A DNA stretch of 63,720 bases, counting the filler, from an uncultured bacterium (GTDB taxonomy: Bacteria > CAZDME01 > JAYEMH01), in assembly GCA_964506785.1 (NCBI GenBank). It is 4 parts of 4 records of this genome, joined end to end, with 100 filler letters (N's around TTAATTAATTAA, not from the genome) between each part and the next. Parts side by side here need not be neighbours in the genome. Positions count along the whole stretch, not along the records: positions 1 to 19,831 come from CAZDME010000023.1; 3 more parts are not named here. One strand, 5' to 3'. Under the pieces are notes generated by a model. It was not told where the DNA came from. It saw only the letters and a program-made list of their open reading frames with translations, and did no database searches. The position numbers were made by a program, and so were the translations under genes. Below are positions 1 through 8,398 of this stretch, in pieces. Each line of letters begins with the position of its first letter. Positions within the stretch are counted from its first letter, which is position 1.

Positions 1-2005
1 TTATCTTCGTCTCTTCTTTTTGGTCGACGGAGACTTGGTTTGCTTCTTCAGAAGTGGTGATGACATGAGGGGTAAGAAAAACCAGGAGTTCCGTTTTTTC
101 ATTTACTGTTCTCTCTTTCCGGAAAAGCATTCCCAATAAAGGGATATCTCCAAGAAGGGGAATTTTACTTAAGGATTTAGTTTCGTCATCTTTAATCAGC
201 CCGCCAATAACTACTGTCTGGCCGTCTTTAATCACTACAAAGGTATTTGCTTCCCGGGTGGCAATGATAGGAGCGTTCAGTTCGGTATCATAGCTGGAAA
301 TTTTCTTAATTACCTGGGTAACCTTTAAAGAAACATCCCGGTTAGCGTTAATAGTCGGCGTGACGGTAAGTTCTATCATTACATCTTTATACTCATAGCT
401 TTTAATCGTATCGCCGTCTTCATCGATAATAACGTCTTTAAGCACTGGCACCTCTTCGCCGATTTTAATTTTGGCTTCCTGATTGTCAGAAGCTAAAATA
501 CGAGGAGAAGAGAGAATTTTGAGTTCGGTATCTTTGGCCAGGGCTTGAAGTATCTGCTCTAAAACCTCCCCCCTGACAATGGTATATTTGAAACCTTCGC
601 CGATAAATGAATCAAGATCCCAGTAAGTTTCATAGGTTTTAGCTACCCCGCCCCGGCGTTCATATTCTTTATTGTAGGTCCATTCCAAGCCGTATTTCAA
701 CTCATCAGTCAGGGTTACTTCGGCAATCAATACTTCAATCAGGGCCTGGGAGCTGCGCACATCCAGTTTTTCAACCAAACGGGCAATAGCCGGAAAATTC
801 TGGGGAAAAGTAGTGATAATCAAGGCGTTAGTCCTTTTATCGGCGACGATACCGACCTTTCCGATAATGCCGCCGATTATTTCCTTCGACAGAATATCTT
901 CAGATTCAACCTTTTCGCTCTCTTTTTTAGTTTTTTTGGCTTTCGTTTCTCCTGCTTCCAGGTTGGCAAAAAGTTCATTTAACACTTTAGCGATATTTTC
1001 AGCCTGGCCATTCTGCAGGGCAAAAACCCGGATATTATCAGCCGTGGCTGGGCTTGCCTTATCTAAAGCAGAGATGAGTTCTTTTATTATCGGTATATTG
1101 GTTTCAGCAGTGATAACGATAAGGGAATGCAGCCTGTTATCCGGAATAATTTTTACTTTTCCGATGATGCCCGGAATGATTTCACCGCGGACTTTTAAAA
1201 CTTTTTCTCCTATTTGGCCTTCTTTTTTTTGAATCCGGGGACGGAGAAGTTCAGCCTCAGGAAGATTCAGGGTTTGATTGAGAATGTTGGCCAGTTCTGT
1301 TTCATCGGCGTAGGTAAGAGGGATTATTTCAATCTGGATTTTTTCCGCATATACCTCAACATCCAACTCTTTTATAATTTCCGCTAAACGCTGGAGGTTG
1401 GAGGCGACGTCAGTAATAATTAAAGTGTTAGAGCGGGTATTGGCAATGAGATGCCCGCCGGGCAAAGCCAAAGGATCCAAATCTTTTTTTAATTCTGGGG
1501 CCGAAATATATTCTAATGGAATAACCTGGGTGATAATTTGGTCAGCCGGGCTGATTTGCGGAGAGATTTTTCCCACCATAGTCTCCACTTTTTTAGTGAG
1601 GGCTTTTTTTTGGGAGACCACTTTGACTATTTTCCCAGAGCGGACCATGGTATAGCCCTTGACTTCCAAGATGGATTCTAAAGCTTCAAGGGCATCCTCA
1701 AGGGGGATTTTCTGAGCGCTGATGACCGTAACCTTGCCTCGCACCCCTTCGTCTTTAATTATGGTCAATTTAGCTATGTCGGCAAAGAACTTTAAGACTA
1801 CATCGATATCGGTATCCTTGAAATTGAATGAGATATACTTTTCCCCGGATTCAGCTTCAATTACCTCGCTTTGGCCGGCCTCATTTTCTATAGTTTTACT
1901 TTCTGGAGGCGATGTAAAACCGGGTATCTGGGCCAAACTGATGCTGGACCAAGTAAGCAGGATTAAGCTGAAAAGGGAAATCTTTTTAAGTTCTAACATA
2001 ACCAT
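1..2005 (-). CDS. gspD: Type II secretion system secretin GspD (runs off the window start, 3' partial)
   Basis: Not in the ORF track; translated by hand at both ends, which are in the same frame. N-terminus MVMLELKKISLFSLILLTWSSISLAQ (signal peptide), then ISFNFKDTDIDVVLKFFAD (N0 domain). C-terminal secretin signature KTELLVFLTPHVI. Start may be 2005 or 1999. Confidence 0.93.
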   Translation of the reverse strand, partial: MVMLELKKISLFSLILLTWSSISLAQIPGFTSPPESKTIENEAGQSEVIEAESGEKYISFNFKDTDIDVVLKFFADIAKLTIIKDEGVRGKVTVISAQKIPLEDALEALESILEVKGYTMVRSGKIVKVVSQKKALTKKVETMVGKISPQISPADQIITQVIPLEYISAPELKKDLDPLALPGGHLIANTRSNTLIITDVASNLQRLAEIIKELDVEVYAEKIQIEIIPLTYADETELANILNQTLNLPEAELLRPRIQKKEGQIGEKVLKVRGEIIPGIIGKVKIIPDNRLHSLIVITAETNIPIIKELISALDKASPATADNIRVFALQNGQAENIAKVLNELFANLEAGETKAKKTKKESEKVESEDILSKEIIGGIIGKVGIVADKRTNALIITTFPQNFPAIARLVEKLDVRSSQALIEVLIAEVTLTDELKYGLEWTYNKEYERRGGVAKTYETYWDLDSFIGEGFKYTIVRGEVLEQILQALAKDTELKILSSPRILASDNQEAKIKIGEEVPVLKDVIIDEDGDTIKSYEYKDVMIELTVTPTINANRDVSLKVTQVIKKISSYDTELNAPIIATREANTFVVIKDGQTVVIGGLIKDDETKSLSKIPLLGDIPLLGMLFRKERTVNEKTELLVFLTPHVITTSEEANQVSVDQKEETKI

Positions 2006-2063
2006 TTGAATGCCGACACTGCGGAAATGCAAGCCTTAGCACTTTTCTATCTTCTGTTTTTGT

Positions 2064-2092
2064 AGTATACACCGAAAAGAAAGGTTTGCCAA
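2064..2092 (-). promoter_or_regulatory. Putative sigma70 promoter for gspD
   Basis: Minus strand reads TTGGCA-17 nt-TATACT in the gap between the gspC-like gene and gspD. Confidence 0.55.
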
Positions 2093-2094
2093 GT

Positions 2095-2916
2095 TTATTC
2101 TTTCAAAATCTTAAAGGTGATTATTTCCTCTTTGTCACGGCCTTTTTTTATTACTTCTAAGGTGACTTCAGAACCGGCGGAGACATTTTCTAAGGCTTGC
2201 TGGGCTCCTTGAACGGTAGTTACCGGGGAACCGTTTATTCCAGTTACTATGTCTCCTCCGCTTAGATTGGCAAATCCAGCCGGAGAATTTTTGTTGACTA
2301 CTAAAACATAAAGGCCCTTTTCTGAAGGCAGCTTTAGCCTTTTGGTTAATTCCGGAGATATCTCTCTTATCTGCATCCCTAACCGCTCCCTGATGGGAAA
2401 AAGGCTCTTTTTGGATTTAATTGGTCTGGGTAGGATTTCAAGGGGTGCTTCTGAAGCGGAAGGAAGTGTTACTGGAGGGGCGAAAGATTTTTTGGGTTTC
2501 TCTGCCGGCGAAAGAGAAAGCACCATTTCCTCTCCTTGGTATTCTAAAACGACCAATTGTTTTTTTTCGCTGATTTCTAAAATTTTAGCTTCAGAAATTG
2601 TGTCGCCCTCGGCAAAGAAATCCTCGCTTTTTTCCTTGCGGTCTTCGATAATTGCCAAGGATTGTTTTCCGTCATAGACAATACCGGTAAGATACAAATG
2701 GGGAAGGGTCAGTTTGGGTAAAACTTTGCCCGAAAGGATTGAACCAGCGAGTTCACCCCGAGGTTCGAAAGGGTTCCGTTCAACTATTATCTGGTAATGA
2801 GAAAATGGCTCGCGGGGATATAGAATTTCACGGTTACTTTCACTGTTTTGGCTAAATATGCTTTCCACTATTCCCAGGACAAAAATTACTGTAAGAACAA
2901 AACTTAATTTTTTCAA
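2095..2916 (-). CDS. GspC-like T2SS inner-membrane protein with C-terminal PDZ domain
   Basis: N-terminal hydrophobic segment; RNPF motif; HR-like LYLTGIVYDGKQSLAIIED; PDZ-like LGMQIREIS...SPAGFANLSGGDIVTGING; located just upstream of gspD. Confidence 0.75.
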   Translation of the reverse strand: MKKLSFVLTVIFVLGIVESIFSQNSESNREILYPREPFSHYQIIVERNPFEPRGELAGSILSGKVLPKLTLPHLYLTGIVYDGKQSLAIIEDRKEKSEDFFAEGDTISEAKILEISEKKQLVVLEYQGEEMVLSLSPAEKPKKSFAPPVTLPSASEAPLEILPRPIKSKKSLFPIRERLGMQIREISPELTKRLKLPSEKGLYVLVVNKNSPAGFANLSGGDIVTGINGSPVTTVQGAQQALENVSAGSEVTLEVIKKGRDKEEIITFKILKE

Positions 2917-3455
2917 TTTTTTTCTCCGCTCAAAAGGATAGAAAGTGAAAGCTGGACCTTTAGCAATTTAGATTTTTCGCCGCTCGAGCTGATTATAATT
3001 TTATCGATAATAAAACGGTGGGATGAGTACTGAAGGTTATATAGAAACTTAGTTAACGAAGCCAGGTCGCCTTGAAGAGCCATTTCCACGGTTAATTTTC
3101 GATAAAATTCATATTCCTTGATTGGCAGGGGTTCAATATTAATCGGCAGGATTTTGGCGCTTTTGGTAAGGTTTTCAATTTCGGAAAGGAGCTGAGATAA
3201 TTCTTCTTCCCGGGGTGCCCTGGCAATAACTTTTTTTCTAAGTTCCAGATAGGTTTGTTCAATTGACGGCTTGCTTTGGCAGATCTGCAGGTTTTTTTCT
3301 AACTCTAAAGCGAGTTTTCTTAATTCTTTCTTCTCCGCAATTATTTTTTTAATCTGGGGTTCTAAAACGAAGGAAAAAAAGATAACCAGGGTAGTTATAG
3401 CCATGGTGGCGATTAATAATTTTTTTTCTCGGTTTGACAAAATTATACTCAGCAT
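2913..3455 (-). CDS. GspM/PilO-family inner-membrane platform protein
   Basis: LSNREKKLL followed by a TM helix, coiled coil and ferredoxin-like C-terminus (LQGDLASLTKFLYNLQ); follows pilMN. Confidence 0.8.
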   Translation of the reverse strand: MLSIILSNREKKLLIATMAITTLVIFFSFVLEPQIKKIIAEKKELRKLALELEKNLQICQSKPSIEQTYLELRKKVIARAPREEELSQLLSEIENLTKSAKILPINIEPLPIKEYEFYRKLTVEMALQGDLASLTKFLYNLQYSSHRFIIDKIIISSSGEKSKLLKVQLSLSILLSGEKN

Positions 3456-3469
3456 GGTTTACCCGGGGT

Positions 3470-4981
3470 TTACTCTTCTGTCGAAAAGGATATGGCAAAC
3501 TCAACCAGATTTTTCCCTTGTTTAGCTTTGGTGCGTGAATAACGGGAAAAAATATTGGAAAATTGAGGAGACTTCTCTAATTTTTTGATTAAATCTGAAA
3601 TTTTGCTGTGTTCCGTAGTTAATCCGGCAAGGTCCCCTTTACCGTTTTTATCCAAACTAAAACGGGTGAGGAGAATGTCCTCAGGGATAATTTCACTTAA
3701 GCCTCTAAGCGCTTCTAAAGGGGAAACCCGTTTGAAGTAATTCTTAAGGAGTTTGATTTCTTCGCGTCTTTCCATAACATGGGTGACGGCTGGCGCCACT
3801 TTAGCTAAGTTTTTCTGGAGCATCTTTTTGCGTGCGAGGTGACAGAGAGCTCCCATTCCTAAAGAAATTTCTAGAAGTACAATCAGGCCAATTGAGGCAA
3901 CGGCGGCAAAAATGACTGTTTTCTGTTTTTTCTTTCGTCCTATTTTATTTTGAAATTCCCTGGGGATGAAATTGAAAGGGTGGGTTCCATCTTCTTCAAG
4001 GGCTAATCCCAGGGCAAGCGGCAAGCGGTAGGAATTCTCAAGGAAATCTTTTTTAATCTCTTCGGATACTTGTATTCCTCCAGGGGCAAAAAACTTGCTT
4101 TCTAAATTTAGTTTTGAAGAGAGGATTTCTTTAAGTCCGGATAGTTTACTTCCCCCTCCGCTTAAAATAATTTGGCTAAAGGTAACTTCAGGACGATCTC
4201 TTAACGGAGCCTCAATTGTCCGTTTAATTTCAAGAATCAGCCGATTATACCAATTTTTCACTGAAGGGAGGTTTTTATCTTTCGGCCAGTTTCCTTCCAA
4301 TTTAGAGTTTTCTGCTTCTTTTTCACTCAGGTTTAAATCGGACATAAGGGCTTTGGTTAAATGCACGCCGGCTACAGGAAAGCTGCGGCTGAAACCGAGG
4401 TTTCCTTCATATACGACATTCACCTCTGTAGCTGTCTGGCCGATATCTATTAAAACGGCATTTTCTTTGTTCTTGGAAAGGTAGGCTTTACTTAGGGCCA
4501 GGGAGCTCAAGCCAATTCTTTCGACGGATAAATTCGTTTTTTTGAACTGATTAAGCAATTTTTCAACGAGAGATTTCTCGATAGCGGCGATTATGATTTT
4601 TGAATTTTTGTCCGGAAGGACTTCTTGAATGGCAAACCCCAGCTCAAATTTTGCTAGGGAAAAAGGAAAGACATTTTCGGCTTCAAAAGAAATCATTTGA
4701 GAGATTTCATTATAATCTTCGGAGGGGAGCCGTAGATATTTAACCGAACAGAGCTGGCGGGGGAGAAAGGTAATTATTGATTTATTTTTTAGCTCGGCTT
4801 CCAGTGATATTTCTTTTAGGAGCTCGGGAATAATCTCATCCCGATTTTTGCCTTCTTGGGGAATAATCAGCCTTTCAAGAAAATTTGAAACTATCCAGCC
4901 TCGGAGAGTTTTTTCCAACTCCAAGAGTTTAATGGATTGGCTGCCAATATCAAGAGTAATGATAGATTTGTTTTTTTTCAT
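3470..4981 (-). CDS. PilM-PilN fusion (GspL-equivalent)
   Basis: Actin-like motifs TLDIGSQSIK, LIDIG and ILSGGGSKLSGL, then an NFIP motif, a TM helix and a PilN-like domain (LEKSPQFSNI). Confidence 0.85.
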   Translation of the reverse strand: MKKNKSIITLDIGSQSIKLLELEKTLRGWIVSNFLERLIIPQEGKNRDEIIPELLKEISLEAELKNKSIITFLPRQLCSVKYLRLPSEDYNEISQMISFEAENVFPFSLAKFELGFAIQEVLPDKNSKIIIAAIEKSLVEKLLNQFKKTNLSVERIGLSSLALSKAYLSKNKENAVLIDIGQTATEVNVVYEGNLGFSRSFPVAGVHLTKALMSDLNLSEKEAENSKLEGNWPKDKNLPSVKNWYNRLILEIKRTIEAPLRDRPEVTFSQIILSGGGSKLSGLKEILSSKLNLESKFFAPGGIQVSEEIKKDFLENSYRLPLALGLALEEDGTHPFNFIPREFQNKIGRKKKQKTVIFAAVASIGLIVLLEISLGMGALCHLARKKMLQKNLAKVAPAVTHVMERREEIKLLKNYFKRVSPLEALRGLSEIIPEDILLTRFSLDKNGKGDLAGLTTEHSKISDLIKKLEKSPQFSNIFSRYSRTKAKQGKNLVEFAISFSTEE

Positions 4982-4993
4982 TTTGGTTAGTAT

Positions 4994-5962
4994 TTAGCTT
5001 TCATGCCAGTATAGTATTTTAACAGGTGTATGGTTTCGGTCAAGGATTACTTCTATTTTTTTTCTTACCGGCAAATTACTCAATCTGGCCGTGGCAGAAA
5101 TCTTAAAGTGGGAACTTGAAAACTTAAGCAATTTCTGAATTTCTGTCGGTATAAGAGGTTCGTTTAAACTGATAAAAGGCTGGTCATCATCAGTGCCTTC
5201 TTTTCCATCTTCTCCCCGGCGGGAGGCAATAATCATTTCAGCCAGAACCTCGGCTCCGGAAACATTTTCTCCTTTCAGGATAGCATAGAGAATTTCTTTT
5301 GGGGCTGTATTTATGTTAACTTTTTCACCGCCAAAAACGGTAAAGTAATCATAGGAGAAAAGTTCCGGGCTCATTCCTTTTACCAATAGAATCTCTTCGG
5401 GGATATCGAGCTTTCCGTCTTTGCAGGGATAGGGATTATCCAGGGATAGATAATAAGGGTCTTCTGCCCCATTTAGTTCTTCGAAAGAGTCTTCATCCCG
5501 CCAATCTTTGAAAGAATCAAGCAAACCCGTAATTTCTTCATAACCGCTCCAGCCGGGGAGGAATTGAAGGAAGCTGAAAAGATTATAGAAATTGTCCATA
5601 TTAAGATTAATTTTGCTGGATTCATCATTAATTACCAGTTGCAGTTTTTCTGGTTCAACACCTAACTCTTCTAAATAGGCTTCCCCAATAGACCAATCTT
5701 CATTATAGGCGTCGTAGTAGGGGGATTCACGTGAGTCAATGAGTAATTTAGCTATACCTATCTCTATTCCGCCCCGGGCTAAGGCATATGCCTTTAAATG
5801 TTCAGCTTGGTAATGAGCCATTTTTAAATCGGTTCGGGAAAAATAAGCGGTACTAAAAGCAAGCATGGAGAGAATAGCCGTAACCCAGAGGGTGATGATT
5901 AAGGCGGTTCCAGCCGCTTGAGATTTTTTATTGCGATTTCCCGATTTTCCTGCAATTCCCAT
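4994..5962 (-). CDS. gspK: Minor pseudopilin GspK
   Basis: GTALIITLW, DESSKINLN, DWRDED, EEILLVKGM and KVNINTA motifs. Confidence 0.92.
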   Translation of the reverse strand: MGIAGKSGNRNKKSQAAGTALIITLWVTAILSMLAFSTAYFSRTDLKMAHYQAEHLKAYALARGGIEIGIAKLLIDSRESPYYDAYNEDWSIGEAYLEELGVEPEKLQLVINDESSKINLNMDNFYNLFSFLQFLPGWSGYEEITGLLDSFKDWRDEDSFEELNGAEDPYYLSLDNPYPCKDGKLDIPEEILLVKGMSPELFSYDYFTVFGGEKVNINTAPKEILYAILKGENVSGAEVLAEMIIASRRGEDGKEGTDDDQPFISLNEPLIPTEIQKLLKFSSSHFKISATARLSNLPVRKKIEVILDRNHTPVKILYWHES

Positions 5963-5990
5963 TTTATTTAACAGCCCGAAATCTGTTTTT

Positions 5991-6572
5991 TTATCGCCTG
6001 AGGCAAATTTTTGTCGAAAGGTTTAGCTTCTCTTTATCTTCCAAAACTAAATTTATCTTAATCCCCTCAGGGAGATTTTCGTCTTCCCAGACGGATTGCC
6101 AATTTTCTCCGTCGAAAAAGTGAAAAGAAAGCTCGCTTATTGATTCAGCCATAAGAGACGTTAGTCCGCCTCTTTTTGATTCTTCACCAGGGACAGGAGC
6201 CTCGCGTCTCATCAGGGCCTGCGATTCTTTATCGTAAAAATAACTGATTTCTTTAAGGGTAGTGGAATAAGCAGAAACATAATCTATGCGCGATTCTTCC
6301 CCTATGAATTTAAGATTGGGATTATCGGCAGATGTGAAGGAGCATCTTAATTCTCTGGATAAGCGGGATAAAGCCAAACGGCCGTTTTGGTAGAGGTCTG
6401 ATTTTCCCTCGGCAAATTTTTGGGCGGCAAATCCGGCCTGAAAAGTTTGATAAATGCAGACAAGAACGAAGCTTAAGATTAAAAGAGCTAAAAGAAGTTC
6501 AATCAGGGTGAAGCCTCGTTTGGTTTTCTCGTTTTTTAGTTGACTGGTCAACTGGCTAATCGATTTATTCAT
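5991..6572 (-). CDS. gspJ: Minor pseudopilin GspJ
   Basis: Prepilin motif RG|FTLIELLLAL; C-terminal W...W..LPEGIKINL; lies between gspI and gspK. Confidence 0.85.
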   Translation of the reverse strand: MNKSISQLTSQLKNEKTKRGFTLIELLLALLILSFVLVCIYQTFQAGFAAQKFAEGKSDLYQNGRLALSRLSRELRCSFTSADNPNLKFIGEESRIDYVSAYSTTLKEISYFYDKESQALMRREAPVPGEESKRGGLTSLMAESISELSFHFFDGENWQSVWEDENLPEGIKINLVLEDKEKLNLSTKICLRR

Positions 6573-7093
6573 GGCTCCCGCCTGGCAACGAAAGTTACCA
6601 TATTTAATTTCTGCAATTTATTTCTGACTTTCCAGGAAATATTAAGCTCGATTTTTCTCAGCTCATCTTCGTCCGGGTCTAAATTCTCCGGATGACTCAA
6701 GTTTATTGAAGTGATTTTAGTTTCCCAGTTGAAACCAGGGTGGGTTTCACCAAAATCGCCAGAAGCATCCTTAAGTTCTGAATAATCACTCATGAACTGC
6801 TCCGCTAATTTTCCCTGCGCCAGAAATGTCGCTTTAGTTAAAAAATTGGAAAGCCCCTCGGCCTGTAAAGAGGCTGAAATAATCTGCAGGACTAAAACCA
6901 GCCCCAGGGAAAGAACAGCTAAAGCAACCAAAACCTCCATCAGGGTAAAACCTTGTTTAGAGGATAGTTGACAGCGGATAGGCGGGAGTTTCTTTTTTAA
7001 GAACCGAGTCTTCCGACTATCAGTTTTTTTACTATCTGCTATATCCTTAAACCTAAACGCTATAGGGAAGGATTTATTTTTCTTGGTATTCAT
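6569..7093 (-). CDS. gspI: Minor pseudopilin GspI with an unusually long (~48 aa) leader
   Basis: QG|FTLMEVLVALAVL; ATFLAQGKLAE; LRKIELNISW. Confidence 0.82.
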   Translation of the reverse strand: MNTKKNKSFPIAFRFKDIADSKKTDSRKTRFLKKKLPPIRCQLSSKQGFTLMEVLVALAVLSLGLVLVLQIISASLQAEGLSNFLTKATFLAQGKLAEQFMSDYSELKDASGDFGETHPGFNWETKITSINLSHPENLDPDEDELRKIELNISWKVRNKLQKLNMVTFVARREP

Positions 7094-7099
7094 GGCGAT

Positions 7100-7134
7100 A
7101 CCTAAAAACTTGCACCTCGTAGGTGCAAGTTTTT
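7100..7134. repeat. REP-like palindrome, left copy of a 35-bp inverted repeat flanking the transposase
   Basis: ACCT-AAAAACTTGCACCT-CGT-AGGTGCAAGTTTTT (14-bp perfect stem, 3-nt loop); exact reverse complement of 7820-7854. Confidence 0.95.
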
Positions 7135-7145
7135 TTGGTGGGGTT

Positions 7146-7799
7146 TTATTCTAAAAGTAACTTTTTGATGCTGGCTAATTCCCGTTGATAGTCTATGTGT
7201 GAATTTACAAATTCCCGATAAGTGTCGGGTTTGATACTTAGAAGAACAGAATAATTGCATATTTTATCTTTTTGCGTTACTTTTTCTAGGAATTCTAAAT
7301 AAGATGAGAATTTCCAGTCTTGGGGTTTATCCACTAAGTGTGCAGTTACAGGATTTAGGTGAATATATCGAGTCAAATGAAGAAGTTGTTCATCTGTTTT
7401 TACTCTAACATTTTGGAATCTACCTTCCCATAAAGGCCCTTTTCTTTTATTTTTATGGTTGAAATATTTTGTATAACTGTTAAGGACTTTACTCATAAAA
7501 ATAGAAATGCCTCTATCCTTTACCTGTTTCAAAATTAGGTGGATATGCGTTGGCATGAGACAGTAAGATATCATTTCTACCAAACACTTTTTTGTTAGAA
7601 GGTGTTTTTGGTAAAATTTTTCTCTTTTCTTTATGGTTGAAAAAGCAGAAAATCTAAATGAAGGTTTTTCTATCCTGTAATATCTAATCAAATTTCTCAT
7701 TCTTTCGTACTCAGACTTATTTCTAAATATTTTGAATCCAGAAATGGTTTTCGAAAAGACGTGATAAATTTCACCCTCAACTAACGGAATTTTTCTCAT
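7146..7799 (-). CDS. REP-associated tyrosine transposase (RAYT; IS200/IS605-related Y1 HUH family)
   Basis: IYHVF N-terminus; HUH motif YCLMPTHIHL; YTKYFN...KGPLWEGRF; catalytic YIHLNPV; WKFSSY. Confidence 0.92.
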   Translation of the reverse strand: MRKIPLVEGEIYHVFSKTISGFKIFRNKSEYERMRNLIRYYRIEKPSFRFSAFSTIKKREKFYQKHLLTKKCLVEMISYCLMPTHIHLILKQVKDRGISIFMSKVLNSYTKYFNHKNKRKGPLWEGRFQNVRVKTDEQLLHLTRYIHLNPVTAHLVDKPQDWKFSSYLEFLEKVTQKDKICNYSVLLSIKPDTYREFVNSHIDYQRELASIKKLLLE

Positions 7800-7819
7800 T
7801 TTTGGTTAACATCCAATGC

Positions 7820-7854
7820 AAAAACTTGCACCTACGAGGTGCAAGTTTTTAGGT
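7820..7854. repeat. REP-like palindrome, right copy
   Basis: AAAAACTTGCACCT-ACG-AGGTGCAAGTTTTT-AGGT. Confidence 0.95.
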
Positions 7855-7861
7855 TGAGTTT

Positions 7862-8398
7862 TTATTTGTTATATTCATAGTCGTAAATAGCTACCCGGCT
7901 GGTAGGGGCGCTAATTACTATAGTGTTTCTTTTCTTTTCACCATTTTGAAGGTAAATCCGGCAATTTTCGCTGCCGCCATCAGGGGAAAAATCCAGATGG
8001 GCTTGGCCCATAAAACTTTCCCCCCGGGGAGTGATAATTTTTAAGAATTCGATATCCCGGCCGAGGGTACGTTCTTTTATTAAAGAGGTAGTAAATTTTG
8101 TAAATTTACCAGTATCATCGATAGATTTTTCTACCCAAAAACCACTTTTTTCTAAGTCAAAATAGATGCGGTATTTTTTCCCTTCGGAAACGCTGTGGAA
8201 ATGAGCAAAACGGATGGTCTGGCTGAGATTGCGGCCGGCTCTTTCTAAACCAACTCCGCGGGAAAATTTTCTAAAATTAGGTAAAGCGAAGAGAGAAAGC
8301 GTGCCGATAATAATAACGACGATAATCAATTCAGTTAAGACAAAGCCGGCCTGCCTTTTAAAATTAATCCCAATTGGTAATGTCATCTCCGCCGCCAT
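7862..8398 (-). CDS. gspH: Minor pseudopilin GspH/FimT-like
   Basis: AG|FVLTELIIVVII; LSQTIRFAH; LDFSPDG. Start moved to ATG 8398 (or 8386), overlapping the end of gspG. Confidence 0.8.
   Translation of the reverse strand: MAAEMTLPIGINFKRQAGFVLTELIIVVIIIGTLSLFALPNFRKFSRGVGLERAGRNLSQTIRFAHFHSVSEGKKYRIYFDLEKSGFWVEKSIDDTGKFTKFTTSLIKERTLGRDIEFLKIITPRGESFMGQAHLDFSPDGGSENCRIYLQNGEKKRNTIVISAPTSRVAIYDYEYNK

Larger units (their letters stand above)
7100..7854 (-). mobile_element. RAYT element (HUH Y1 transposase bounded by inverted REP-like palindromes) inserted between gspH and gspI
   Basis: A transposase ORF bracketed by two identical inverted 35-bp palindromes; the ORF looks more AT-rich than its flanks. 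Confidence 0.85.

Noticed and set aside
813-2009. Plus-strand ORFs 813-1232, 1398-1655, 1722-2009 and similar antisense ORFs throughout (e.g. 22633-23298, 61449-62033)
   Set aside because: Antisense shadows of well-supported genes (gspD, leuA/ilvC, carB) with no recognisable motifs.
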